DNA of 64,000 bases, from assembly GCA_964445905.1 (NCBI GenBank), contig CAYUNN010000003.1:899-64898 (forward strand). Reading direction: 5' to 3'. A program made the translations under genes and the position numbers. Position 1 is the stretch's first letter. The number at the start of each line of letters is the position of its first letter. The DNA comes from an uncultured Candidatus Saccharibacteria bacterium. GTDB lineage: Bacteria; Patescibacteriota; Minisyncoccia; Minisyncoccales; JAGGXC01. Under the pieces are notes generated by a model that ran no database searches, was not told the origin of the DNA, and saw only the letters and a list, made by a program, of their open reading frames with translations. Below are positions 55,756-64,000 of this stretch, one piece after another.

Positions 55756-56238
55756 ATGAAAGAAAAAGAACTTCATAGAGTAGTTTCAACCGCTATTATT
55801 TATAAGAATGGTAAATATCTTTTATTAAAGAGAAGTTTAGATAAAAAAGTATTCCCAGGGAAATGGACAGTTCCGGGTGGCGGATTGGAAACAAGCGATT
55901 ATATTCATACTCCGAAAACGACAAATCAACATTGGTATTTTGCTATAGAGAATTCTTTAAGAAGGGAAATTAAAGAAGAATGTGGTTTAGAAGTAGGTAA
56001 AGTTAAGTATTTATTGGATTTAGCTTTTATTATGCCTGACGGGACTCCTGTAATTACCCTTAGTTTTTATTGTCCTTATAAGTCTGGAGAAGTAATAATT
56101 GATGAAGAAAACGATGATTATGCTTGGGTTAACTATGAAGAGGCTAAAAACTATGATTTAATTGAAGGTCTTTTAGGTGAGATTGAAATGGTTGATAGGA
56201 TATTGAAAGGTGGTAACGATATTAAATATTGTCATTAA
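55756..56238 (+). CDS. Nudix hydrolase
   Basis: PGGGLE....RREIKEECGL Nudix box, with an insertion between the G-rich and REx2EE parts. Confidence 0.85.
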   Translation: MKEKELHRVVSTAIIYKNGKYLLLKRSLDKKVFPGKWTVPGGGLETSDYIHTPKTTNQHWYFAIENSLRREIKEECGLEVGKVKYLLDLAFIMPDGTPVITLSFYCPYKSGEVIIDEENDDYAWVNYEEAKNYDLIEGLLGEIEMVDRILKGGNDIKYCH

Positions 56239-56291
56239 TATTATTATTTGTTATCTTGATTTAACATAAATATTATTAATTTATTCTTATT

Positions 56292-57197
56292 ATGAATTTT
56301 GAAGATTTATTTTCACTGGCCAATATTAGTAATTTTATTCAAGGAGCTCCCAGGGGTTTATGGGATTGGTTTTTTTTTACAGGAATAAAAATAATAGTTA
56401 TTTTAGTAATAGCTTTTGTTTTTTATAAAATCGCTAAAATTTTAATAGGTCGTACTATAAAAGAATTAGTTAAGTCTGATAAATCCTCTCCTGATTGCGA
56501 AGAATCAGAAAAGAAAAGAAAAAATACTCTAATTAGAATCTTTAATAATATTTTAAGAATTCTTGTTTTAGTAATTGTTGCTTTGACTATTCTTCCAGAA
56601 ATAGGAATTGATCCTACGGGACTCTTGGCTGGAGCAGGGATTATGGGCATAGCAATAGGTCTTGGTGCAAGATCTCTAATCCAAGATTTTCTTGCCGGAA
56701 TATTTATAATTTTGGAAAATGAATACAGAATAGGAGACGTAGTGTGCTTAGATGATACTTGCGGTTCTGTCCAAGATATTACTTTAAGAAAAACAATTCT
56801 CCGGGATTTAAATGGAGCAGAACATCATATTAGCAATGGATCTATTAGAAAAGCATCTAATATGTCTAAAGACTTTGCTCGAATTAATTTAGACCTTGGC
56901 ATAGCTTATAATTCAAGCTTAGAAAAAGTCATAAGAGTGGTCAACGAAGTAGGAGAGAACCTTGCCAAAGATGAAAAATGGGGAAGTTCTATCTTAAAAG
57001 CTCCTCAATTTGAGAGAGTAAATGATTTTGCTGATTCAGCAATTATTATAAAAATACTTGGAGAAACTGCTCCTTTAAAGCAATGGGCAGTAGCAGGGGA
57101 GTTGAGAAAAAGATTAAAGATTGCTTTTGACAAGGAGGGCATAGAAATACCTTTTCCTCAAATTGCAGTTTGGCCTAAAGGAGAGAAGTTGTCTTGA
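56292..57197 (+). CDS. Small-conductance mechanosensitive channel (MscS family)
   Basis: Three TM segments. FLAGIFIILENEYRIGDVV..GSVQDITLRKTILRDLNGAEHHISNG. Confidence 0.9.
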   Translation: MNFEDLFSLANISNFIQGAPRGLWDWFFFTGIKIIVILVIAFVFYKIAKILIGRTIKELVKSDKSSPDCEESEKKRKNTLIRIFNNILRILVLVIVALTILPEIGIDPTGLLAGAGIMGIAIGLGARSLIQDFLAGIFIILENEYRIGDVVCLDDTCGSVQDITLRKTILRDLNGAEHHISNGSIRKASNMSKDFARINLDLGIAYNSSLEKVIRVVNEVGENLAKDEKWGSSILKAPQFERVNDFADSAIIIKILGETAPLKQWAVAGELRKRLKIAFDKEGIEIPFPQIAVWPKGEKLS

Positions 57198-57224
57198 TAT
57201 AAAATAATATTAAGCATTGAAAGT

Positions 57225-57256
57225 AAAAATACCAACTCTTAATGGCTGGTATTTTT
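57225..57256. terminator. Bidirectional terminator between mscS and glgA
   Basis: AAAAATACCA (57225-34) pairs with TGGTATTTTT (57247-56), with a 12-nt loop. Confidence 0.55.
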
Positions 57257-57277
57257 GATTAAAATAAAGGGTAAATT

Positions 57278-58666
57278 TTAATTAATTAGTTTATCGTATA
57301 TTTTCAAATACTCTTTAGCTGATTTTTCCCACGAGAAATCTTTTTTCATTCCATTTAATTGAATTCTTTCCCATGTTTTTTTATCTTTAAAAGTAATCAA
57401 AGCTTTTTTTATTGCTCCAAAAAATTTTTCTGATTCGTATTCTTTAAAAGTAAAACCAGTTTCTAAGGACATAACGGTATCTTTAAGGCCCCCAGTCTCT
57501 CTAGCGATAGGGACAGATCCATATCTCATAGCTATTAACTGTCCTAATCCGCACGGTTCAAAAAAAGATGGCATTAAAAACATATCTGAACCTGCGTAGA
57601 TTTGATGAGCCAACTCTTCGTTAAAAGTTGTTTCTAGTCCAATTTTATCTGGATATTTATCTGTCATCTTTAATAAAAATTCTTCATATTTTTTCATTCC
57701 CTTCCCCAGAATAACCAACTGAACATTTTCTTTCATTAAAGAATCAAATATTTTTTCAATAAGATCAAATCCTTTTTGATCTGCTATTCTTGATACCATT
57801 CCAATAAGAGGAATGGTTTTATTGGATTTTTTAAAGAATTTCTCTTGCAGGAACTCTTTATTGTCTTTCTTTTTTTTAATATTACTATAGGAATAATTTG
57901 ATTGAATGTTAAGATCATTTTCTGGGCTCCAATATTCAACGTCTAGTCCATTGATTATTCCTAATAAATCACTCTCTCTTTTCTTTAATTCTTGCTCAAG
58001 GCCGAATCCATATTCTGAAGTTAAGATTTCCTTTGCATAAGTCGGAGAAACGGTGCTGATTAGATCAGTGTTTTGAATTCCTACTTTTAATGAATTTACT
58101 TCTTGATCAAAATTTGTTTCTAGTAAATTATTTACTATTTCTTTAGAATAAATGCCTTGATAACCAAGATTATGAATTGTTAAAAGATTGCTAATTTTTT
58201 CACCTCTTTCTTTTAAAATATAGGGGATGGTCGCCGTATGCCAATCGTGGCAATGAATGATGTTTGCTTCCAATATCTGAGCCACTTTAATTCCTGCCAT
58301 CGATAAAAAGAAAAATCTTTTTGCTTCTCTTCTGGTTCCGTCCGAGGAAGCATCTTCTGAGGTGTAAACACCCTCTCCCTTAAAATATTCTTTATTGTCT
58401 ATTAACAACAAGGGAACGTCGCTTTCTGGAAGAAGGGTTTTGTAAAGGTCGAACTTTTTCTTTTCTTTCTCGAAATCTACAATTACATCTTTTTTGAAAA
58501 GTTCTAGATTTTCATCTTCTCTAGAAATTATTTCATAAAAAGGTAGAACTATTGAAACATCAAGTCCAAGTTTTTTTAACGTTTTAGGTAAAGAATTTAC
58601 CACGTCAGCTAATCCTCCTACTTTAGCCATGGGCGCACATTCTGCTGCGATAAAAATAACTTTCAT
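57278..58666 (-). CDS. glgA: Glycogen/starch synthase (GT5), copy 1
   Basis: ECAPMAKVGGLADVVNSLP N-terminal motif, HCHDWHTA, EPCGLGQLIAMRYGSVPIARETGGL. Confidence 0.9.
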   Translation of the reverse strand: MKVIFIAAECAPMAKVGGLADVVNSLPKTLKKLGLDVSIVLPFYEIISREDENLELFKKDVIVDFEKEKKKFDLYKTLLPESDVPLLLIDNKEYFKGEGVYTSEDASSDGTRREAKRFFFLSMAGIKVAQILEANIIHCHDWHTATIPYILKERGEKISNLLTIHNLGYQGIYSKEIVNNLLETNFDQEVNSLKVGIQNTDLISTVSPTYAKEILTSEYGFGLEQELKKRESDLLGIINGLDVEYWSPENDLNIQSNYSYSNIKKKKDNKEFLQEKFFKKSNKTIPLIGMVSRIADQKGFDLIEKIFDSLMKENVQLVILGKGMKKYEEFLLKMTDKYPDKIGLETTFNEELAHQIYAGSDMFLMPSFFEPCGLGQLIAMRYGSVPIARETGGLKDTVMSLETGFTFKEYESEKFFGAIKKALITFKDKKTWERIQLNGMKKDFSWEKSAKEYLKIYDKLIN

Positions 58667-58672
58667 ATTAAT

Positions 58673-59626
58673 TTATTGATTAATTAACTTAATTTTTTCA
58701 GAGATTCTTCTTTTATTTATTTCATCTCCCCATACCATAATATGAGATAAATTAAGAAGATTAAAATATTTTTTATGGGTTTCGTATTCTTCTTTTAATA
58801 TCTCTAATCCTGTTTCTTTTTCGTAGCTATTTATTAAAAATCTTTCCAGAAAAGCAGTCTTTTCTTTTTCGACATTAAAATCAAGACTAGTTTCGAAATG
58901 AGAAACTAGGTTGGCCAAATCGCACACTCTACTACCCTGATGAGACAATCCAAAATCAATCAATCTTATTTTATTATCTTTAAAGAATATATTATAAGGA
59001 TTTAAATCTCCGTGGACAAAAACTTTATTTTCTTGTTCATATTCCCTTATTTCTCTTTCCATTGAATTAAACATATTTTCTATTTCTATTCCTTCTTCTT
59101 CCCTTCTTTCTTTTAAAATAGAAATGTTGTTCTTGATATTGAAAAAATCAATTCCTTTTTTGAGAAAAGATTGTTCAATATTTGCCTTTTGAATTAACGA
59201 TATTATTTTTACTATTTCTTTAATTTGTTCTCCTTCGGCCTCTTTTCCCTTTTTAATATTTTTGCCAAAGTTTTTTCCTTCAAGGAATTGTTCAAGAAAA
59301 AGTCCTAGATCCTTGATGTAACAATAAGGTTTTGGAACTATCTCCTCTTTATTTATTGAAGATAGATAATTGAAAATAAATTGGTTAGATTGGAAGGCAT
59401 ATTCTTGTTCTTGATCTGAATTTGCTATTCCTACGATTTTTTTCTCTTTATTGATCGTATAAAGCATTACTAAACTAAAACTTCTCCAATCAATATATCT
59501 TTTGATTGTTTCTATGTCTACGTTGGTAATTTCTTTTAAATATCCTATTTCTTCTCTCCTTTCTTCAAAAACCTCCCTCATTTTTTTAGAAGAGAGAAGA
59601 GTGTTTATTTCTTTTAAATCTATCAT
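58673..59626 (-). CDS. Aminoglycoside-phosphotransferase-fold kinase (substrate unknown)
   Basis: Catalytic loop HGDLNPYNIFF and RLIDFGLS (DFG-like). Confidence 0.75.
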   Translation of the reverse strand: MIDLKEINTLLSSKKMREVFEERREEIGYLKEITNVDIETIKRYIDWRSFSLVMLYTINKEKKIVGIANSDQEQEYAFQSNQFIFNYLSSINKEEIVPKPYCYIKDLGLFLEQFLEGKNFGKNIKKGKEAEGEQIKEIVKIISLIQKANIEQSFLKKGIDFFNIKNNISILKERREEEGIEIENMFNSMEREIREYEQENKVFVHGDLNPYNIFFKDNKIRLIDFGLSHQGSRVCDLANLVSHFETSLDFNVEKEKTAFLERFLINSYEKETGLEILKEEYETHKKYFNLLNLSHIMVWGDEINKRRISEKIKLINQ

Positions 59627-59630
59627 GAGA

Positions 59631-61109
59631 TTAGATTTTCCTTAGTTCGGGTTGGCCAGATTTTATCTTCTTATATTTTTCTTTGTATCTATCCATCAGT
59701 TCCTTAAGATCAAGATCAGCTACCTCTTTTCTCAACAAATCAACAGCATGAATTGCATCATAAATATCATTCTTTGTTTCAAGTTTCCAGATAGCATCTC
59801 GCCAAAGAATTGCTTTTTCAAAATTTTTATCTTTTGTTGCTTCTTTCATTTTTCTTTCCATCATTTCAACAAAAGCATGGTAAACCTCCGGTTTGCCTGC
59901 TTCAAGAGTCCTTTCTTTAAAAGGAATCTTGGTTGTTTCCTTGTATTGCTTTGCCATTTTTTCAATCTTTCCGCTTCTTTGCCACCAAAATGCCGTAGAG
60001 AGTATTTCCTTGTAATATTCCTCTCCTTTTTTTATTTGTTGATTTGTAATTCTTGGCATGCTTTTTAATGCTTCTAAGAGCATCCATGCTCCTTTTTCTA
60101 TAACTTCAATACTCCACCAAGGTTCTCCCGAAGCCCAGAAAAATTGATCCGAAGCAATGGCTCTGTCAATTTTTTCTTGAGATTTTTGAGTAAGAGTTTT
60201 TTTTCTAGAGAGATTAACTACATAATTAAAAAATTTCCATTGAAGTTTATGAACTTTATTTTTTGGGTCCTTCCAGGAATAAAACTGAATTCCTTTATCA
60301 ATATCTTCTTGCGATGATGCCCAGGTAGACATTAAAGGCGAGAAACTTTCTTTCTTTTCAAAATGATTTGGCAGTTCTGAGAGAAACAATTGATCCGGCT
60401 TTTCATTGGATATTATTTTGAAAAGAGTTTTTTCAAGTCCGGGGCGGTGATGGCCAAAAGTTTCTCCATCCATCGCCGTACAAAGATATTCATTTTTATT
60501 TAAATCATCTTTTAATAATTCTATAAATTCTTCCCCGTTTCTTATTAGAGCACTCATTATACAATTTGACACTCTTCTTTCTCTGAAAGCGGCAATAATA
60601 TTTTTTCCATCTTTGATTTCGACTAAATAATCCTTTGGAATAGGGGTAAATTCTCCCTTGTACGATATTTCATCAAGAAGTATCATTTTATAACCGAGTT
60701 CGGAAATTACTCTTCCTACATTTTTTGAATAAGCCATTTCGGGAGGGAAAAAACAAACTGGTTTATAGCTTTTTCCAAAATACATCCTGTTAGTTTTTCT
60801 ATTTTTTTCAACCTGTCTTTTTATTTGATCGTCACTTAAAAATGGTAATAAGGCATGATATTTAGCGCTTTCTGTAAACTCTAACCTTCCTGTTTCAGAT
60901 AATTTCTTTATATTGGCTATAATTTCTTTATAGCCCTCTCTTGCTAAAAACTCAGTAAGAGCGCCGTTGATATTAAGATTAATTTTGCATTTTTTAATCT
61001 TTAAAAAACCTTCAAATAAAGGTTTGTAGGATTCATTTACTACTCTTTCAAGTATTTCTTTTGATTGATCTGATGGTTGATAGATGTGCAAAAAGTTAAC
61101 CCAGTACAT
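59631..61109 (-). CDS. Glycoside hydrolase family 57 alpha-glucan-active enzyme with C-terminal UVR-like motif
   Basis: GH57 regions read by eye: FLHIYQP, GRLEFTESAKYHALLP, FFPPEMAY, AMDGETFGHH, ASDQFFWAS. C-terminal FEKAILWRDAIWKLE. Confidence 0.85.
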   Translation of the reverse strand: MYWVNFLHIYQPSDQSKEILERVVNESYKPLFEGFLKIKKCKINLNINGALTEFLAREGYKEIIANIKKLSETGRLEFTESAKYHALLPFLSDDQIKRQVEKNRKTNRMYFGKSYKPVCFFPPEMAYSKNVGRVISELGYKMILLDEISYKGEFTPIPKDYLVEIKDGKNIIAAFRERRVSNCIMSALIRNGEEFIELLKDDLNKNEYLCTAMDGETFGHHRPGLEKTLFKIISNEKPDQLFLSELPNHFEKKESFSPLMSTWASSQEDIDKGIQFYSWKDPKNKVHKLQWKFFNYVVNLSRKKTLTQKSQEKIDRAIASDQFFWASGEPWWSIEVIEKGAWMLLEALKSMPRITNQQIKKGEEYYKEILSTAFWWQRSGKIEKMAKQYKETTKIPFKERTLEAGKPEVYHAFVEMMERKMKEATKDKNFEKAILWRDAIWKLETKNDIYDAIHAVDLLRKEVADLDLKELMDRYKEKYKKIKSGQPELRKI

Positions 61110-61115
61110 ATTTTT

Positions 61116-62597
61116 TTATTTTCTTTTTTTAATTGTTTTTTTAAATACTTTTATATACTCTTGAGCCGATTTTTCCCATGAAAAATTTTCTTCCATTGCT
61201 CTTTTAATTAATTTTTTCCAGCTCTCTTTGAAGTTGTATGAAGTTCTGGCTTGAATAATTGATTCAAACAAAGCAAAGGGATTGTATTCTTTAAAAACAA
61301 AACCATTGCCCTTTTCTTCTTCCGGAACAAATTCTTTTACTGTGTCTGCTAATCCGCCAGTTTTTCTTGCAATTGGAATTGACCCATAACGCATTGATTG
61401 CATTTGAGTAATGCCACAAGGCTCGAATTTTGAAGGAATTAAAAATGCATCTGAGCCAGCGAAAACAAGATGGGGAAGCTTGGTGTCGAATTCAAACAAA
61501 TAACCTACCCGTTTAGGATAGTCTTGAGCCGCATTTTTAATAAATTCTTTGTATCTTGATTCTCCGTCACCAAGAAATATAAATTGCAGATCAGTATTTT
61601 TAAGAATTTCGTTTATTATTTTTTCAACCAAGTCAAAGCCTTTTTGTTCAGCTAAACGAGAAGCCATTCCAACAACAAAAGTTTCGTCTGACTTATTGAG
61701 ACCGAAATGCTCTTGAAGATGAATTTTGTTTTTAATTTTATTCTCTATTGTTTTTGAACTGTAATGAACAGGAAGATCTAGCGCTGTTTGGGGATTGTAC
61801 TTATCATAATTTATACCATTCAATATTCCGTGGATATCTGTTCTTCTTTCTTCTAATAATTTTTCTAGTCCTTCTCCGAATTCAGGAGTCATTATCTCTT
61901 TAGCGTAAGTGGGAGAAACGGTGCCGATGGTATCGCTGTACATTATTCCTCTTAACATCCAATTAAGTTTAAAAAGACGAGGATTAAAGAAATCTGGAAT
62001 AGGTTCATGTCCTGAATCTTTGTCAGCTTCTTTGGAGAACTTAAAATCACACATTCCCTGAAAGTGAAGATTGTGGACTGAAAAAATAGTTGCTATTTTA
62101 GAAAGTTCTTTGTCTTCTCGGTAAATAGTGCGGAGGTAGTTAGACAATAGTCCTGTTTGCCAGTCAGAAGCTACAATTATGTCTGGAATCCAAGAAGATT
62201 TTTTAATGAATTCTATTGTTCCTCGGCAAAGAAGAGCCCATCTTATTGTATCATCGGAATATCCGTAAACATTAGCTCTTTTTTCGTAATATTCCATATT
62301 TTCAAGGAAATAAACAGGAGCAGTTTCTCCGTTGAATGATTTTTTAATATTACAAATTAAGTAAGGATTTTCCCCGGGTTGGTCAGTTGGTACTTTCAAA
62401 TTTCTTATTTCGTCTTCTAGCTTGCACTTGCCTTCCTTATCAATAGTTCCGTATTTTGGGATAATAATTCTAGCGTCCTGACCTTGTTTTCTTAGTGCGA
62501 GCGGGAGGGAGTACATAATGTCTCCTAACCCTCCTGCCTTAGCAAAAGGCGCCGCTTCTGTTGCGACAAATAATATTTTAAGTTTTTTTGTTAACAT
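61116..62597 (-). CDS. glgA: Glycogen/starch synthase (GT5), copy 2
   Basis: EAAPFAKAGGLGDIMYSLP, ASDWQTG, EPCGITQMQSMRYGSIPIARKTGGL. Confidence 0.9.
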   Translation of the reverse strand: MLTKKLKILFVATEAAPFAKAGGLGDIMYSLPLALRKQGQDARIIIPKYGTIDKEGKCKLEDEIRNLKVPTDQPGENPYLICNIKKSFNGETAPVYFLENMEYYEKRANVYGYSDDTIRWALLCRGTIEFIKKSSWIPDIIVASDWQTGLLSNYLRTIYREDKELSKIATIFSVHNLHFQGMCDFKFSKEADKDSGHEPIPDFFNPRLFKLNWMLRGIMYSDTIGTVSPTYAKEIMTPEFGEGLEKLLEERRTDIHGILNGINYDKYNPQTALDLPVHYSSKTIENKIKNKIHLQEHFGLNKSDETFVVGMASRLAEQKGFDLVEKIINEILKNTDLQFIFLGDGESRYKEFIKNAAQDYPKRVGYLFEFDTKLPHLVFAGSDAFLIPSKFEPCGITQMQSMRYGSIPIARKTGGLADTVKEFVPEEEKGNGFVFKEYNPFALFESIIQARTSYNFKESWKKLIKRAMEENFSWEKSAQEYIKVFKKTIKKRK

Positions 62598-62699
62598 AAT
62601 AAAATTTTAACTATTCTTGGTTTGATTTCTGCCTGAATTTCAGGTATTATAACCTTGAATACCAATACATTAATTGTAGCAAACTTTATTTAAAAAGCC

Positions 62700-64000
62700 A
62701 TGTCTGATTCTCAAATTGATGAAATTAAGGAAAGACTAGATATTGTTGAAATTATAAAGAGCTATATCAAAGTTGAGAAATGTGGTGCTAATTATAGAGC
62801 TTGTTGCCCATTTCACTCAGAGAAAAAGCCTTCTTTTTTTATTTCTCCAAGTCGTCAAATTTGGCATTGTTTTGGGTGCTTTGTTCCGGGTTCTTTGGTA
62901 AAAACAGAAAAAGGATTGCATAAAATAGAAAACCTTGAAGTAGGCCAGAAAGTTTTGACACATAAAGGTAATTTTATGCCCATAACTAGAACTTTATGGA
63001 GGCCTTACAATGGAGAAATAATTGATATTAAAGTGAGAAAATCAAATCAGAAAGTTTCTCTTACGTCGGATCATAAGGTTTTTACAATCAAGACAAATAA
63101 TTGTAAGTACAAAAATAGAAAAACAAGATTGTGTCAATGGAATTGCAAGAAAAACTGTCCCGCTAAATATTATTTAGATTATAAGATAGAAAAAGTATCA
63201 GCTTTCCAACTAAAGAAAAACGATTATCTTCTTTATCCTATAAACCAAGAAGTTAAGGATATAGATTTTATAAATCTTAATAAATTTTATAATCGCAAGG
63301 TAAGTAATTTTGGTCCCGGTATCAAAGAAATTCCAGGTAATCTAAGATTAGATGAAAAATTACTGAAGCTAATTGGCTATTATATTGCTAAAGGAAGTAA
63401 TCATAAAGCTTATATTAGATTTAGTTTGGGAAATCATGAAGAATCTTTTGCTAAAGAAATAGTGGCCTTGACTAAAGAATTATTCGGAATAGAAGCTAGT
63501 ATTCATAAAAGGGAAGGAAAGAAGACGGGCCTAGAAATTACTGCTTGTAATTCAAAATTATCCAATATTTTTGAGAATCTTTGCGGAAAAGGAGCAGAAA
63601 AAAAACATATTCCATATGACTTTCAATACTTACCCCCCGAGAAACAGAGGATAATTCTAGAAGCTATTTTTAAAGGAGATGGTTATACTGGAAAAGTTTC
63701 TAAGTCTAAGAATAGTAAATATAAGAAAATAACTACTATTTCTTTAGTATTAGCTGAGCAAATAAGAGATATTTTGTTAAGATTAAAGATTGCCCCTGGT
63801 TTTTATAGTTTCGAGGAAGAAATTGATAAAAATAAAGTTCACCACAGAAAATCTTTTAGCGTAAATTGGCAAGAAAACTATACTCTAAACTTCTCCTCTT
63901 TTTATGAAGATCCTAATCAAAGAGTTTTGTATTGGATTGTTCCGATAAAGGAGATTAATAAAAGGCACTACAAAGGAGATACTTTTGATCTGACGGTTAC
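62700..64000 (+). CDS. dnaG: DNA primase DnaG, N-terminal zinc-finger region interrupted by an intein (partial, runs off the window)
   Basis: Own translation, not in the ORF track because there is no stop: MSDSQIDEIKERLDIVEIIKSYIKVEKCGANYRACCPFHSEKKPSFFISPSRQIWHCFG, then CFVPGSLVKTEKG... Frame is open to 64000. Confidence 0.85.
   Translation, partial: MSDSQIDEIKERLDIVEIIKSYIKVEKCGANYRACCPFHSEKKPSFFISPSRQIWHCFGCFVPGSLVKTEKGLHKIENLEVGQKVLTHKGNFMPITRTLWRPYNGEIIDIKVRKSNQKVSLTSDHKVFTIKTNNCKYKNRKTRLCQWNCKKNCPAKYYLDYKIEKVSAFQLKKNDYLLYPINQEVKDIDFINLNKFYNRKVSNFGPGIKEIPGNLRLDEKLLKLIGYYIAKGSNHKAYIRFSLGNHEESFAKEIVALTKELFGIEASIHKREGKKTGLEITACNSKLSNIFENLCGKGAEKKHIPYDFQYLPPEKQRIILEAIFKGDGYTGKVSKSKNSKYKKITTISLVLAEQIRDILLRLKIAPGFYSFEEEIDKNKVHHRKSFSVNWQENYTLNFSSFYEDPNQRVLYWIVPIKEINKRHYKGDTFDLTV
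62877..64000 (+). mobile_element. Intein (Hint domain plus LAGLIDADG homing endonuclease); C-terminal junction lies beyond the window
   Basis: Block A CFVPGSLVKT..H. LAGLIDADG motifs LLKLIGYYIAKGS (about 63360-63398) and IILEAIFKGDGY (63651-63686). Block-F-like YKGDTFDLTV at the window end. Confidence 0.8.

Noticed and set aside
62632-62644. A 13-nt palindrome CCTGAATTTCAGG, plus a nearby GGTATT..AATACC inverted repeat, in the glgA/dnaG divergent intergenic region.
   Set aside because: The arms are short (6 bp), the element occurs only once, and I could not pair it with a convincing promoter. The evidence is too weak to call an operator.

Overview
AT-rich, tightly packed bacterial window using the standard genetic code, with few Shine-Dalgarno sequences. 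Gene content and style suggest a small-genome Patescibacteria/CPR-like organism, but that is inference only because nothing was searched. I can support about 60 protein genes, 3 tRNAs, and several promoter-like, terminator-like and repeat elements. I saw no rRNA, CRISPR array, transposase or prophage.

Layout:
- 173-19921 is a large type IV pilus (T4P) region. It holds pilM-pilN-pilO-small protein-pilB-receiver-pilT-pilC, a major pilin and the prepilin peptidase pilD.
- The same region holds two paralogous four-gene minor-pilin sets, each headed by a non-pilin Cys-rich exported protein. It also holds a second, inverted pilN/pilO/small-protein module that has no pilM. comFC and a tRNA-Ser sit inside this region.
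- Next come ligA and a SEDS (FtsW/RodA) gene, then a six-gene plus-strand cluster of unrecognised surface proteins (23209-31837).
- These are followed by rpoB-rpoC, ftsK, recA, ychF-rpsF-ssb-rpsR, PMM/PGM, trpS, RNase J and tRNA-Leu.
- Then come a family-5 substrate-binding protein with an embedded peptidoglycan-binding-like segment, secG, an orphan pilin, groES-groEL with a CIRCE-like operator, lemA-htpX, tRNA-Ser, Nudix and MscS.
- The window ends with a glgA-kinase-GH57-glgA operon and a dnaG gene interrupted in its zinc finger by an intein that runs off the window.

Most worth a second look:
- The duplicated, modular T4P tip and alignment parts with their large adhesin candidates.
- The 23209-31837 surface cluster, including a roughly 260-aa module shared by two genes.
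- The dnaG intein.
- A recurrent -10 box 6-7 nt upstream of start codons, suggesting leaderless mRNAs.
- A perfect 16-bp palindrome in front of a membrane-tethered HTH protein.

All homology calls rest on motifs read by eye. No database search or computation was run.
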